A stretch of DNA of 64,000 nt from assembly GCA_965217185.1 (NCBI GenBank), contig OZ244252.1:32001-96000 (forward strand), written 5' to 3'. The notes below the pieces were generated by a model that was given only the letters and a program-made list of their open reading frames with translations, searched no databases and was not told where the DNA came from. Origin of the DNA: an uncultured Candidatus Entotheonella sp. (lineage in GTDB: Bacteria; Tectomicrobia; Entotheonellia; Entotheonellales; Entotheonellaceae). The position numbers and the translations under genes were made by a program. This document shows, in pieces, positions 36,227-45,882 of the stretch. Position 1 is the first letter of the stretch, and every line of letters begins with the position of its first letter.

Positions 36227-36622
36227 ATGCCTGTGTATAATTGTATTTCACCCGCTGGTGCCGTACCCATGGACGTGCGCCCCAAAATCGCCAAGGCTTT
36301 TACGGACATCCATTGCGACAGTACCAACGCGCCGCGCAGCTTCGTGCACGTCTTCTTCAAGGAGACCCCCGAGGGCGCCGATTCCGGTTATGACACGCCG
36401 TACTACATCGACGCCGGCAACCGCGCCGGTCGCCCGGCAGAGGTGGTGTTGAAGTTGAAGAACGACCTGCGTCAGGCATACGCCGAGAACGCCGGTGTTT
36501 CGCTCGATCAAGTTGACGCCCGCATTGTCGAGGGTCCGGCGCGCTGGTCGATGGAGGGTGGTCACATCCTGCCCGAACCGGGTCAGGAAGGCGCCGAGTG
36601 GTACGCCCACGCGGCCGACTAA
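36227..36622 (+). CDS. cis-CaaD-like tautomerase family protein
   Basis: Pro-1, His-28, RAGR, MEGG.ILPEPG.E. Confidence 0.85.
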   Translation: MPVYNCISPAGAVPMDVRPKIAKAFTDIHCDSTNAPRSFVHVFFKETPEGADSGYDTPYYIDAGNRAGRPAEVVLKLKNDLRQAYAENAGVSLDQVDARIVEGPARWSMEGGHILPEPGQEGAEWYAHAAD

Positions 36623-36760
36623 CCGCCTTGCAGGTTTGAACCGCGAACGGTTTGTCGGGCAAATGCCCGAATAGGTTTTTCAAAACGCCGCACGGGAGGT
36701 CAAGCAAGCGACCTGTCGTGCGGCGTATTTGCAGGTGAAAATCAATGGAGGGATATCTCA

Positions 36761-37093
36761 ATGGGAGCACCGTTTACGGTTACCGCCGGAAATTTTGACG
36801 CCGAAGTGTTGCAGGCTGATGCGCCGGTCCTGGTTGATTTCTGGGCTCCGTGGTGCGGTCCTTGCCGCGTCATCGCGCCAGCGGTGGAAGAACTGGCCAC
36901 TGAGTACGATGGCAAATTGAAGGTGGGCAAGCTCAACGTCGACGATCATCCTGCGATTGCGCAGAACTACGGCATCACCGGGATTCCGGCGCTGCTCTTC
37001 TTCAAGGATGGCAAGCGGGTCGATACCGTGGTGGGCGCGGTCTCCAAGGACATCCTGCAGGAGCATGTCGACGGGGTCGTCAGGGACGCCTAA
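36761..37093 (+). CDS. trxA: thioredoxin
   Basis: VDFWAPWCGPC, GIP. Confidence 0.97.
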   Translation: MGAPFTVTAGNFDAEVLQADAPVLVDFWAPWCGPCRVIAPAVEELATEYDGKLKVGKLNVDDHPAIAQNYGITGIPALLFFKDGKRVDTVVGAVSKDILQEHVDGVVRDA

Positions 37094-37128
37094 AGCAGCT
37101 TCGGATCAACATGGCCTATCTCTTCCCA

Positions 37129-38364
37129 TCACAGCGTCAGCAGCAGCCGTGTGGGGTCAGCGAGATAGGCCATGACTGCGTTGAGAAACCGTTGCGCCGC
37201 GGCGCCGTCGAGGACACGGTGGTCGAACGTCAGGGACAGGGGCAGGATAGTGCGCAAGGCGATAGCTTCCTCGTAGGCGACCGGTTTCTGCATGAACCTG
37301 CCGACGCCCAGAATGGCGACTTGCGGTAGATGCAGCATCGGGGTGGCGAAGATGCCACCGACGGCGCCGTAATTGCTGATGGTGAAGGTGCCGCCGCGCA
37401 GGTCGGCCAGCGGGATGCGGCGCGTGTTGGCCAGTTCGGCGAGCTGTTGCACCTCTGTCGCCAGGGTCAGGAGGGATTTGCGGTCAACGTCCTTCACCAC
37501 GGGAACGATCAGGCCCTCGGGCGTGTCGGTGGCGATGCCGAAGTGGTAGTAGCGCTTGAGAATCAGGTGCTGCTGGTCTTCGGCGAGTGAGGCATTGAGC
37601 GTCGGATGCTGCTTCAGGGCAGCCACCACCGCCTTCATGATGAACGGCAGCAGGGTCAGACGGACGTCCGAAGCGGCGGCGTTGCCGCGGGCGCGCCAAT
37701 CCAGCAACTCGCTGATGTCAACTTCGTCGATCGTGGTAATGGGCACGGCGGTTGTGGCCGCCGCGACCATCGCTTTGGCGATGGTGCGCCGCAAGGCGGT
37801 CAGCGGCTGAAGTTCGATGGTTCCATGCGTATCCCGTTGCGTGTCGGCGGACTGGGCAGGCTCGGCACTTTGCGGAGCCACTCGCAGCACGTCCTCGCGG
37901 CGGATGCGGCCACGCGGGCCGGAAGGGCTGACGCGGCTCAGGTCGACACCGAGGTCGCGGGCCAGCTTGCGCACCGAGGGAATGGCGAGCACACGCCGGT
38001 CAGCGATCGCGTCATCCTCCGGTTGAGCGGCTACCGGTTCGGGTGGCAGGTCCATGGTTTTGGCATCCAACCGTCCTACAACCGAGGCCGCTTCCGGCGG
38101 CGGCGCAACGCTGGCCTCGGATCCATCCGCCTCGCCAATGACCGCCAGAATTTCCCCGACCTGAATCGTTTCTCCCGCCGCTACCGGCAGGCGCAGGATG
38201 GTGCCGGCGCGTGGGGCCGGTATCTCCACCACCGCCTTGTCGGTTTCCACCTCCACCAGCGGTTGATCGGCCTTCACCCGGTCGCCCTGGGCCACCAGCC
38301 AGCGCACGATCTCACCTTGGGCAATACCTTCTCCCACGTCCGGGAAGCGAAACTCCAGAGCCAT
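37129..38364 (-). CDS. pdhC: 2-oxoacid dehydrogenase E2 acyltransferase
   Basis: Lipoyl VETDKA, E3-binding PSVRKLAR, FDHRVLDG. Confidence 0.9.
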   Translation of the reverse strand: MALEFRFPDVGEGIAQGEIVRWLVAQGDRVKADQPLVEVETDKAVVEIPAPRAGTILRLPVAAGETIQVGEILAVIGEADGSEASVAPPPEAASVVGRLDAKTMDLPPEPVAAQPEDDAIADRRVLAIPSVRKLARDLGVDLSRVSPSGPRGRIRREDVLRVAPQSAEPAQSADTQRDTHGTIELQPLTALRRTIAKAMVAAATTAVPITTIDEVDISELLDWRARGNAAASDVRLTLLPFIMKAVVAALKQHPTLNASLAEDQQHLILKRYYHFGIATDTPEGLIVPVVKDVDRKSLLTLATEVQQLAELANTRRIPLADLRGGTFTISNYGAVGGIFATPMLHLPQVAILGVGRFMQKPVAYEEAIALRTILPLSLTFDHRVLDGAAAQRFLNAVMAYLADPTRLLLTL

Positions 38365-38422
38365 GCCTAACCTCTAGGGCACACGTCATGTTGAAGAGAG
38401 GCCGTCTGCGTCGACGTGCCCC

Positions 38423-39400
38423 TCAGAAGGCCAGCACGCGGTGTACGGCGGCCGCGATCATCTCAGGGGTCGGTAGATAATACTTTTCGAGTTGCGGCAG
38501 GGGGAATACGGTGTCAAAACCGCTGACGCGCTCGACTGGGGCCTCCAGGGACAACAGGGCTTTCTCGTTGATCTGCGCCACGATTTCAGCCCCCAGGCCA
38601 GCCGTGCGTGCGGCTTCGTGCACGACCACCGCGCGGCCCGTCTTCTCGACGGACGCGATGATGGCCGGCACGTCCATCGGGGACAGGGTGCGCAAATCGA
38701 GAATCTCCAGGCTGATGCCGCTGGCGTCCAGCGATTCGGCGGCCTGCAGCACGGTGTGCATCATGGAACCCCAGGCGATCACCGTCACGTCGGTGCCCTC
38801 CCGCACGAGGCGCGCCTCGCCGATGGGCACGGTGTAGCATTCCTCGGGAATGTCCTGGCGTACGGCGCGATAGATACGTTTCGGCTCCAGGAAAATCACC
38901 GGGTCCGGGCTGCGGATGGCGCTGATCAGCAACCCTTTGGCGTCGTAGGGCGTGGCGGGAACCACGACCTGCAAGCCGGGGGTGTGCACCAGCATGGCCT
39001 CGGTGCTTTCCGAGTGGTGCTCGGGCGGGTGAATGCCGCCGCCGTAGGGTACCCGCACCACCAGGGGGCAGGTGAAGCGGCCGCGCGAACGATTGCGCAT
39101 GCGGGCTACGTGGCTAATGATCTGGTCAAAAGCCGGGTAGAGAAACCCCATGAACTGGATTTCGGGAACCGGCCGCAACCCCGCGATGGCCATGCCCACC
39201 GCCATGCCGACGATGCCGGCCTCGGCAATCGGCGCATCCATGACGCGCGCCCGTCCGTAGCATGCCTGCAGACCCTCGGTGACGCGAAAGACGCCGCCCT
39301 CCCGGCCGATGTCCTCGCCTAGCAGAATCACGCGCTCGTCGGCACCCAACTCCAGGTGCAGGGCCTCGCGGATGGCTTCCAGAAGGGTGCGTGTCGCCAT
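38423..39400 (-). CDS. pdhB: 2-oxoacid dehydrogenase E1 beta
   Basis: LGEDIG..GGVFR, EIQFMGF, EHHSES, DAKGLL. Confidence 0.9.
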   Translation of the reverse strand: MATRTLLEAIREALHLELGADERVILLGEDIGREGGVFRVTEGLQACYGRARVMDAPIAEAGIVGMAVGMAIAGLRPVPEIQFMGFLYPAFDQIISHVARMRNRSRGRFTCPLVVRVPYGGGIHPPEHHSESTEAMLVHTPGLQVVVPATPYDAKGLLISAIRSPDPVIFLEPKRIYRAVRQDIPEECYTVPIGEARLVREGTDVTVIAWGSMMHTVLQAAESLDASGISLEILDLRTLSPMDVPAIIASVEKTGRAVVVHEAARTAGLGAEIVAQINEKALLSLEAPVERVSGFDTVFPLPQLEKYYLPTPEMIAAAVHRVLAF

Positions 39401-39405
39401 GTCGA

Positions 39406-40491
39406 TCAGCCTTTCTGCTGAACCTGGAGCGCGGCGAGCAGCGCCGCCTCTTGTTCGCGCAGCGCCGCCGACGGCTCGGCGAACATGTAGCGGAACATAT
39501 CCTGTGGGGGTGGTTGCGGCACCGCCTCGGCGTCGTTCATGGCCTGTTCCACTTCCCCGGTGCAGGCTTCCAGCAGTTCGTGTTCCCAGTCTTCCGACCA
39601 GACGCCGCGGGCGTGCAGATACTTTTGCACTCGCAGCAGCGGGTCGCGCGACCGCCAGAACTCGACCTCGGCGTCGTCGCGGTATTTGGTGGGATCGTCC
39701 GCCGTGGTGTGGGCGCCGAGGCGGTAGGTATACGCCTCGATCAGGCTTGGTCCGCCGCCGCGCCGCGCTCGCTCGACGGCTTCCTGCATGACGGCGTAAA
39801 CGGCCATGATGTCGTTGCCGTCCACCAGAATGCCGGGAAAGCCGTAGGCCAGGGCCTTCTGGGCAATGGTCGGCGAGGCGGTCTGCTCGCGCACCGGCAC
39901 CGAAATGGCGTATTGGTTGTTCTGGCAAAAGAAGACGCAGGGGGCTTCGTAAACCCCGGCCAGGTTCATCGCCTCGTGCACGTCGCCTTCGGAGGTGGCG
40001 CCGTCGCCGAAATACGCCACCGCCACGCTGCCGTCCTGACGATACTTGCCCGCGTACGCCAAGCCGACAGCGTGCAAGGGGTGCGACCCGACCGGGATGG
40101 AGACGGGCAACACGTTCACCCCGTCGGGCATGTGGCTGCCGAATTCGTTGCCCATCCAATAGAGCGACAGCAGCTTCAGCGGCACGCCGTGCATCCACAT
40201 GGCACCGGTTTCGCGGTAGGAACTGACGATCCAGTCGCGCGGCTCCAAGGGGTAGGTGCTGGCCGCCATGCAGGCTTCCTGGCCTTCCATCTGTGCATAG
40301 GTGCCGAAACGCCCCTGCCGCTGCATGGATACGGCTTTGCGGTCGTACAGACGCATGGTCAGCATCTGGCGATACATCGTTCGTATCTGCTCGTCGTCCA
40401 GGTCGGGACGGAGGGTTTCGTCGCAGCATCCGTCCGGCGTCAGGATGCTGACCATTTCGTCTTGCAGCGGGTCGTAGCGGTCCGCGAACAT
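39406..40491 (-). CDS. pdhA: pyruvate dehydrogenase E1 alpha
   Basis: QRQGR, GQEA, TPP motif GDGATSEGD...NNQYAIS, HTTADDP. Confidence 0.9.
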   Translation of the reverse strand: MFADRYDPLQDEMVSILTPDGCCDETLRPDLDDEQIRTMYRQMLTMRLYDRKAVSMQRQGRFGTYAQMEGQEACMAASTYPLEPRDWIVSSYRETGAMWMHGVPLKLLSLYWMGNEFGSHMPDGVNVLPVSIPVGSHPLHAVGLAYAGKYRQDGSVAVAYFGDGATSEGDVHEAMNLAGVYEAPCVFFCQNNQYAISVPVREQTASPTIAQKALAYGFPGILVDGNDIMAVYAVMQEAVERARRGGGPSLIEAYTYRLGAHTTADDPTKYRDDAEVEFWRSRDPLLRVQKYLHARGVWSEDWEHELLEACTGEVEQAMNDAEAVPQPPPQDMFRYMFAEPSAALREQEAALLAALQVQQKG

Positions 40492-40724
40492 GGAAGGTCC
40501 TCAAGGCGGTCAGACGTGTTTGGAGGTCGACAAGCAATCGTGAGCGGGGCGTTATTCTAGGGAAAAGTAACGGCTGCATCAAGTGCGCCTGCGGACTGTC
40601 GAAGCCGCCCTGCCGCCCGCTTGCGCGCATAGACCTGCGTGGCTATGCTTCCGCCACCGAGACGCGGCGCCGCTGGGGTCCTGCGCATTGCTGATTTGTA
40701 ACGAAAAGACGATAAGGAGAAAGC

Positions 40725-41798
40725 ATGGCCGCTCATAAAATTGCGGTGATCCCTGGCGACGGCATCGGCCAAGAAGTCATGCCGGAAGGGCTCAAAGTGC
40801 TCCGTGCGATGCAGGACGTGACGCCGGGATTGGAGCTTGCCTTCGAGACCTTTCCCTGGGGCTGCGACTATTACCGTGAACACGGCAGCATGATGCCTCA
40901 CGGCGCCCTCAAAACCCTCGAAGCATTTGACGCAATTTACTTTGGCGCCGTCGGTGACCCCGCTCACATCCCGGACCATATTTCGCTGAGTGACCTCATT
41001 CTGCCCATCCGCAAGAACTTTCAGCAGTTCGCCTGCATCCGTCCCATCAAGCTGCTGCCCGGCGTGACCGGTCCGCTGGCCGGCAAGACACCCGCCGACA
41101 TTGACTTCGTCATGGTGCGCGAGAACACCGAGGGCGAGTACTCGGACGCCGGCGGCCGCCTGCACGCCGGGACGCCGCAGGAGGTTGCCATTCAAACGTC
41201 GGTGTTCACCCGCACCGGCTGCGAGCGGGTCATGCGGTTTGCCTTTGAACTGGCGCGCAAGCGCAACAAGGCGCGGCACGTGACGTCGGTCACCAAATCC
41301 AACGCGCAGCGGCACAGCATGGTGTTCTGGGACGACATCTTCAAGGAAGTCGCGGCTGATTACCCCGACATCGAAACCAGCAGCAATCTCGTCGACGCGG
41401 CCGCCATGAACTTCATCCGGCGCCCGGAAGCCTTCGACGTGGTGGTCGCCTCCAACCTTTTCGCCGATATTCTCACGGACCTCGGCGCGGTGATCATGGG
41501 CGGCATGGGCTACGCGCCGAGCGCCAATTTGAATCCCGACGGCAGCTATCCGTCGATGTTCGAATCGGTGCACGGCTCGGCGCCGGACATCGCCGGCAAG
41601 GGCATCGCCAATCCTCTGGCGACGATCTGGGCGGGGCAATTGATGCTGGATTTCCTGGGGGAACGCGATGCCGCGGCGCGGCTCTTGGGTGCCCTTGAGA
41701 CTCACGTGCAGGAGGGGAAGGTGCGAACGCCGGACCTAGGGGGCACGAACTGCACCGGCGCCGTCGGCGACAACCTCTGCGAGATCTTGCTTCGTTAA
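40725..41798 (+). CDS. tartrate/D-malate dehydrogenase (isocitrate/isopropylmalate DH family)
   Basis: [51 protein letters not shown]. Confidence 0.88.
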   Translation: MAAHKIAVIPGDGIGQEVMPEGLKVLRAMQDVTPGLELAFETFPWGCDYYREHGSMMPHGALKTLEAFDAIYFGAVGDPAHIPDHISLSDLILPIRKNFQQFACIRPIKLLPGVTGPLAGKTPADIDFVMVRENTEGEYSDAGGRLHAGTPQEVAIQTSVFTRTGCERVMRFAFELARKRNKARHVTSVTKSNAQRHSMVFWDDIFKEVAADYPDIETSSNLVDAAAMNFIRRPEAFDVVVASNLFADILTDLGAVIMGGMGYAPSANLNPDGSYPSMFESVHGSAPDIAGKGIANPLATIWAGQLMLDFLGERDAAARLLGALETHVQEGKVRTPDLGGTNCTGAVGDNLCEILLR

Positions 41799-41908
41799 AT
41801 GCGGTTAAGCGTCCAGAGTAGGACTTGCGAGATGTGCAAGAAGCGCGCGGCATAAAGAACCGTGCGCTCCTCGCACCGCTTGAGGGTGGGCGCTATCAGG
41901 GGGCGTGC

Positions 41909-43597
41909 CTACCGCGTGAAGGCCACGATATGGCCGCCGTGTTCCAGGTGGCTTGCCGAGTAGCCCGCGGTGGAGCCGCCGCCGGTCAATTGCACGATGT
42001 ATTGCTTGCCGTTCAGGACGTAGGTGATCGGGCCGGACTTCGGTCTGGCACCGAGCTGGAAGGTGTACAGAATATCCCCCGTGCTGGCGTTCACGGCCTG
42101 GAACTGGCCGGTCTCGCTACCGTAGAAGACCAGATCCCCGGCGGTCGTCAACATGCCGCCGGCGTAACCGCTCTTGCCCTTCTGATCCCGCCAGACTTCC
42201 GCCCCGCTCTGCACGTCCATGGCCAGATTCACTTCGTAGCTGAACAGGAACTCGAACGAGGCGCCGAAGTGTTGCACGTTGCTGATGACCTTGATCTCCT
42301 CGAACGTGTACTCCATGCCCATCTCAATGGCGGGCAGGTAGACGTAGCCGGTGAGCGGATTGTAGGCTGCGGGATACAGATTCACCCCGCCCGCCAGGCT
42401 GGGCCACATCTCGATCGTGGTGCCTTCCTCAGGGACGGCGACCGGATCGATGGGCCGGCCTTCCACGTCATAGCCCTTGGCCCAGGTGATTTTGTCGGAG
42501 AACGCCACCGCCTGCTGAAACTGGCCGGTTTCGGCGTCGATGTAGTGGATGTAACCGGTCTTGTTGGGATGCACGATCGTCTTGCGACCGTTGAGGGTGA
42601 TGATGAGAGGCGTCTGCGGCACGTCGAAGTCCCACGGGTCGCCGGGAACCGCTACGTAGCGCCAAGGCACCCGCCCGGTATCGGTGTCGACCGCCACGAT
42701 GCTGGCGGCGCCCACGTTGTCCATTTTGCCGTCGCCGCGGGTTTTCGGGTTCCACGGGTAGGCGTTGGCCGTGCCGGTGTAATACATCTTCAAGTCAGCG
42801 TCCCAGGAACCGATGATCCAGGGGCCGGCACCGCCGTAGTCGCGGCTGTCGCCCGGCCAACTTTCGTAACCGGGTTCGCCGGGGCCGGGAATCATGTTGG
42901 CTTCATAGAGAATCGAGCCGTCCTCCTGGCTGACGCCGTAGACAAAGCCGGGCAGGCCGCCGGTATCCGTGGCGTTCATCGGCACGATGATCTGTCCGGG
43001 AATCGCCAGGGGCCCGACGGTGGCGAAATAGCCGTTGGCGTCCTCGGATTTTTCAAACGCCTTGGGGTAGTCGAGATACTGCTGCACGAATTTCTGTTCG
43101 CCGGTCTTGTAGTGCATGGCGTGGAGCTTCATGTCGTTGGACAGGAAGAAAATGTGCTCCCCGGCGATGGCCACGCCGCGGTGCTTGCCGGTGAAGAAGG
43201 GAACGTTGTAGCCGCCGAAATCCTCCGGCAACTCGTGTTCGTATTTCCACACTTGCCGGCCCGTGGCCGCGTCGACCGCGTGAACCGTGTTGTCCTGGGC
43301 GATGTACATCAACCCGTCGTAGTAGATGGGGGTGCACTGCGCGTCCGTCTTGCCGCCGGTGGAGTAAATCCACGCCACCCTGAGGTCGCCGGCGTTGGAG
43401 GCATTCACCTGATTCAGCGTGCTGTAGCGATGTCCTGCCCAGTTGCCGTTGACGTGGAGCCAGGAGACGCCCGCCTCGGCGGCCAACATGTCATCCGTTA
43501 CGCCTTGACCCTCGGCCTGCTGCCATCCTCCAAAACCCGTGAGACAGATCAACAGGGCGAGGCTTCCCAATGCCAGTCTGGTAACGATACGGTACAT
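41909..43597 (-). CDS. secreted PQQ-dependent dehydrogenase (beta-propeller)
   Basis: Signal peptide, RYSTLNQVN, AVDAATG..VW repeats, WDFD, GDLVFYG, PITY...GKQYI; RBS AAGGAGG. Confidence 0.9.
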   Translation of the reverse strand: MYRIVTRLALGSLALLICLTGFGGWQQAEGQGVTDDMLAAEAGVSWLHVNGNWAGHRYSTLNQVNASNAGDLRVAWIYSTGGKTDAQCTPIYYDGLMYIAQDNTVHAVDAATGRQVWKYEHELPEDFGGYNVPFFTGKHRGVAIAGEHIFFLSNDMKLHAMHYKTGEQKFVQQYLDYPKAFEKSEDANGYFATVGPLAIPGQIIVPMNATDTGGLPGFVYGVSQEDGSILYEANMIPGPGEPGYESWPGDSRDYGGAGPWIIGSWDADLKMYYTGTANAYPWNPKTRGDGKMDNVGAASIVAVDTDTGRVPWRYVAVPGDPWDFDVPQTPLIITLNGRKTIVHPNKTGYIHYIDAETGQFQQAVAFSDKITWAKGYDVEGRPIDPVAVPEEGTTIEMWPSLAGGVNLYPAAYNPLTGYVYLPAIEMGMEYTFEEIKVISNVQHFGASFEFLFSYEVNLAMDVQSGAEVWRDQKGKSGYAGGMLTTAGDLVFYGSETGQFQAVNASTGDILYTFQLGARPKSGPITYVLNGKQYIVQLTGGGSTAGYSASHLEHGGHIVAFTR

Positions 43598-43890
43598 GAC
43601 GTCCCTCCTTTGCAAAGGTCTTGTGCGCAGATACCACGAATCCCTTGACTGACTTTCCCGGCGGTCATCCGACACGTTGAGCCCCTGACTGGCGCGTCCT
43701 GTAAGGCCCAAGTCGAATTGTCGGGTGACTGAGGGGCTAGTACTACAACACGCCTTTTCAGTCAAGCCTTTTCTCGCTCTGCCAAGGGCGTTCTGGGCGC
43801 CTTAAGCAGGCGCACGACGGTCTGTATGACCCCCGGTTCGATGGTATGGCCGTGCCCGGCTTGACGACATTGGCATTACAATACCCCCAA

Positions 43891-44060
43891 GTCGTCATTC
43901 CGGGCCTGACCCGGAATCCTAGGGATCTCGGATCGAGTTAGGGGCAGGCTCTTGGCCTCCGGAAAGCCTCCCGGACCCCGGCTTTCGCTGGGAGTGACGA
44001 CCTGAAATCCGAGAGCCATTTTCATACCCTCACATGGCCTACAAGGCCACGGTGATTCCC
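43891..44060. repeat. mosaic of CGTC-type REP-like palindromes (inverted doublet 43891-44001 plus truncated unit)
   Basis: GTCGTCATTCCGGGCCTGACCCGGAATCC ... GGAGTGACGAC; internal GAGTTAGGGGCAGGCTC recurs with 1 mismatch near 32107. Confidence 0.65.
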
Positions 44061-44122
44061 GTCAATTGATTCGACACGGCTGAAATCGGCGGCTTTGGGC
44101 CGCCCCACGGTGAGGTATCCGC

Positions 44123-45376
44123 GTGGCCCGCGTGTTGTTATTGCTGCCGACCCGCACCTATCGGGCGCACGACTTCATGGAGGCGGCCCGCCGCCTGGGG
44201 GTGGAGGTGGTGGTGGGCTCTGAGCGCCAGCAAGCCTTTGCGGCGTTGTTTCCCGGCGGCCACCTGCGGCTGGATTTTCTCAGGCCGCGGCAGGCGGTGC
44301 GGGCGATTGAGGCATTCGCCCGATCATATCCGCTCGACGCCGTTGTGGCGGTTGACGACGACGGTACGCTGCTGGCCGCGGCTGCCGCCAAGGCGCTGGG
44401 ATTGCCGCACAATCCGGTGGCGGCGGTGGCGGCGACACGCAACAAACACCGTCTGCGTCGCAAGGTGTCGGCGACTGGTCTGCTGTCGCCGCGATTCGAG
44501 CGCCTGTCGGTTGAGGATGACCCGGTTCGGGCGGCGCCGCGCATGCCCTTTCCTTGTGTGTTGAAGCCGCTCCATCTGGCGGCCAGTCGCGGGGTCATGC
44601 GGGCCGATGATGCGAAACAATTCGTCGTTGTCTTTGAACGGCTTGTGGCGATCTTGCGCACGCCGGACGTTGTGCAGCGCGGCAGCCGATTAGCACGTCA
44701 CGTGCTGGTGGAGGCGTTCATTCCGGGTACGGAGGTGGCGTTGGAGGGGCTCCTGGTCGGTGGGGAATTGACCGTTCTGGCCGTGTTCGACAAGCCTGAC
44801 CCGCTAGACGGCCCGTTCTTTGAAGAGACGTTGTACGTGACGCCGTCGCGGTTGCCAGCCGACGTGCAGGCGGACCTCGCTGCACAGACGGCCAAGGCGG
44901 TGGCGGCCATCGGGTTGCGGGAAGGTCCCGTGCACGCTGAGTGGCGCGTGAACGGGCACGGCGCGTGGCTTCTCGAAATCGCGGCGCGGTCGATCGGTGG
45001 GTTATGTTCCCGAGTCCTGCAATTCGGGGCGGGCGTGTCGCTGGAGGAGTTAATTCTCATGCACGCCAGCGGTATTGACGTGGCGGCCTATAAACGTGAG
45101 AGCGCTGGTGCCGGTGTGATGATGCTGCCCATCCCGCGTCGCGGCGTGCTGCGCGCCGTCGATGGACAGGAAGTGGCGAGGCGTGTTCCCGGGATTGTGG
45201 ACCTGACGGTCACCATTGCGCTTGGGCAGGAAGTCGTGCCGTTGCCCGAGGGCGTGCAGTATCTGGGCTTTTTGTTCGCCCGCTGCGACACCCCGGAGGA
45301 GGTGGAAGCCTCGCTCCGTGGTGGTCATCAATGCTTATCGTTCACCATTGAGGCGGACACATCCTGGCGTCATTAA
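44123..45376 (+). CDS. ATP-grasp domain protein (amino acid ligase-like)
   Basis: NKHRLR, VLKP...ASRGV, VEAFIPG.E, GPVHAE, LEIAARSIGG. Confidence 0.85.
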   Translation: MARVLLLLPTRTYRAHDFMEAARRLGVEVVVGSERQQAFAALFPGGHLRLDFLRPRQAVRAIEAFARSYPLDAVVAVDDDGTLLAAAAAKALGLPHNPVAAVAATRNKHRLRRKVSATGLLSPRFERLSVEDDPVRAAPRMPFPCVLKPLHLAASRGVMRADDAKQFVVVFERLVAILRTPDVVQRGSRLARHVLVEAFIPGTEVALEGLLVGGELTVLAVFDKPDPLDGPFFEETLYVTPSRLPADVQADLAAQTAKAVAAIGLREGPVHAEWRVNGHGAWLLEIAARSIGGLCSRVLQFGAGVSLEELILMHASGIDVAAYKRESAGAGVMMLPIPRRGVLRAVDGQEVARRVPGIVDLTVTIALGQEVVPLPEGVQYLGFLFARCDTPEEVEASLRGGHQCLSFTIEADTSWRH

Positions 45377-45468
45377 TGTTGACGCCCTACTGTGAAATCA
45401 AGGGCGAGCGAAGAGAAACCTACAGTAACTGACAAACGGGTGAGTGGCCTGCAAATTCCGTTGAGTTG

Positions 45469-45855
45469 TCACCTCAAGAGCTCTTCTTTTAGTTGTTCGG
45501 CTAGATCGTCAATACGTTGTCTGTATTCATCGTCAATATAGTAAGGTGGATCCTTTTTCATGAGGCATTGCGTTAAGTCTTCGATTGGCATAACGGAACA
45601 GCCACCTCTCTTATAAACATCGAAAATTCCATCAAGACTCCATGTTGGCCATTGCTCCCAACTACCTGTTATCGATGAACCTTTCGAAACGCATTTACTT
45701 ATGTGTTCTATTCTGCAATCAAGTTCATGCATTGACATTGTGCTAGATGATACAAAAATATGTGCAACGTAATCTCTGTCTAAGAGTATATAGTGATGGT
45801 TAATCAGTATGATTGACAACGCCAGTATGACAATAAACAGCAGAATCTTCCCCAT
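45469..45855 (-). CDS. AT-rich hypothetical protein with N-terminal TM segment
   Basis: 128-aa ORF filling an AT-rich patch right after purA. Confidence 0.6.
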   Translation of the reverse strand: MGKILLFIVILALSIILINHHYILLDRDYVAHIFVSSSTMSMHELDCRIEHISKCVSKGSSITGSWEQWPTWSLDGIFDVYKRGGCSVMPIEDLTQCLMKKDPPYYIDDEYRQRIDDLAEQLKEELLR

Positions 45856-45882
45856 TGGGTTTTCCCAACAAGAGTAGAATTT

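Noticed and set aside
39401..40630. 735-aa E1-beta fusion
   Set aside because: The upstream part is an alternative frame overlapping pdhA; the real start is 39400
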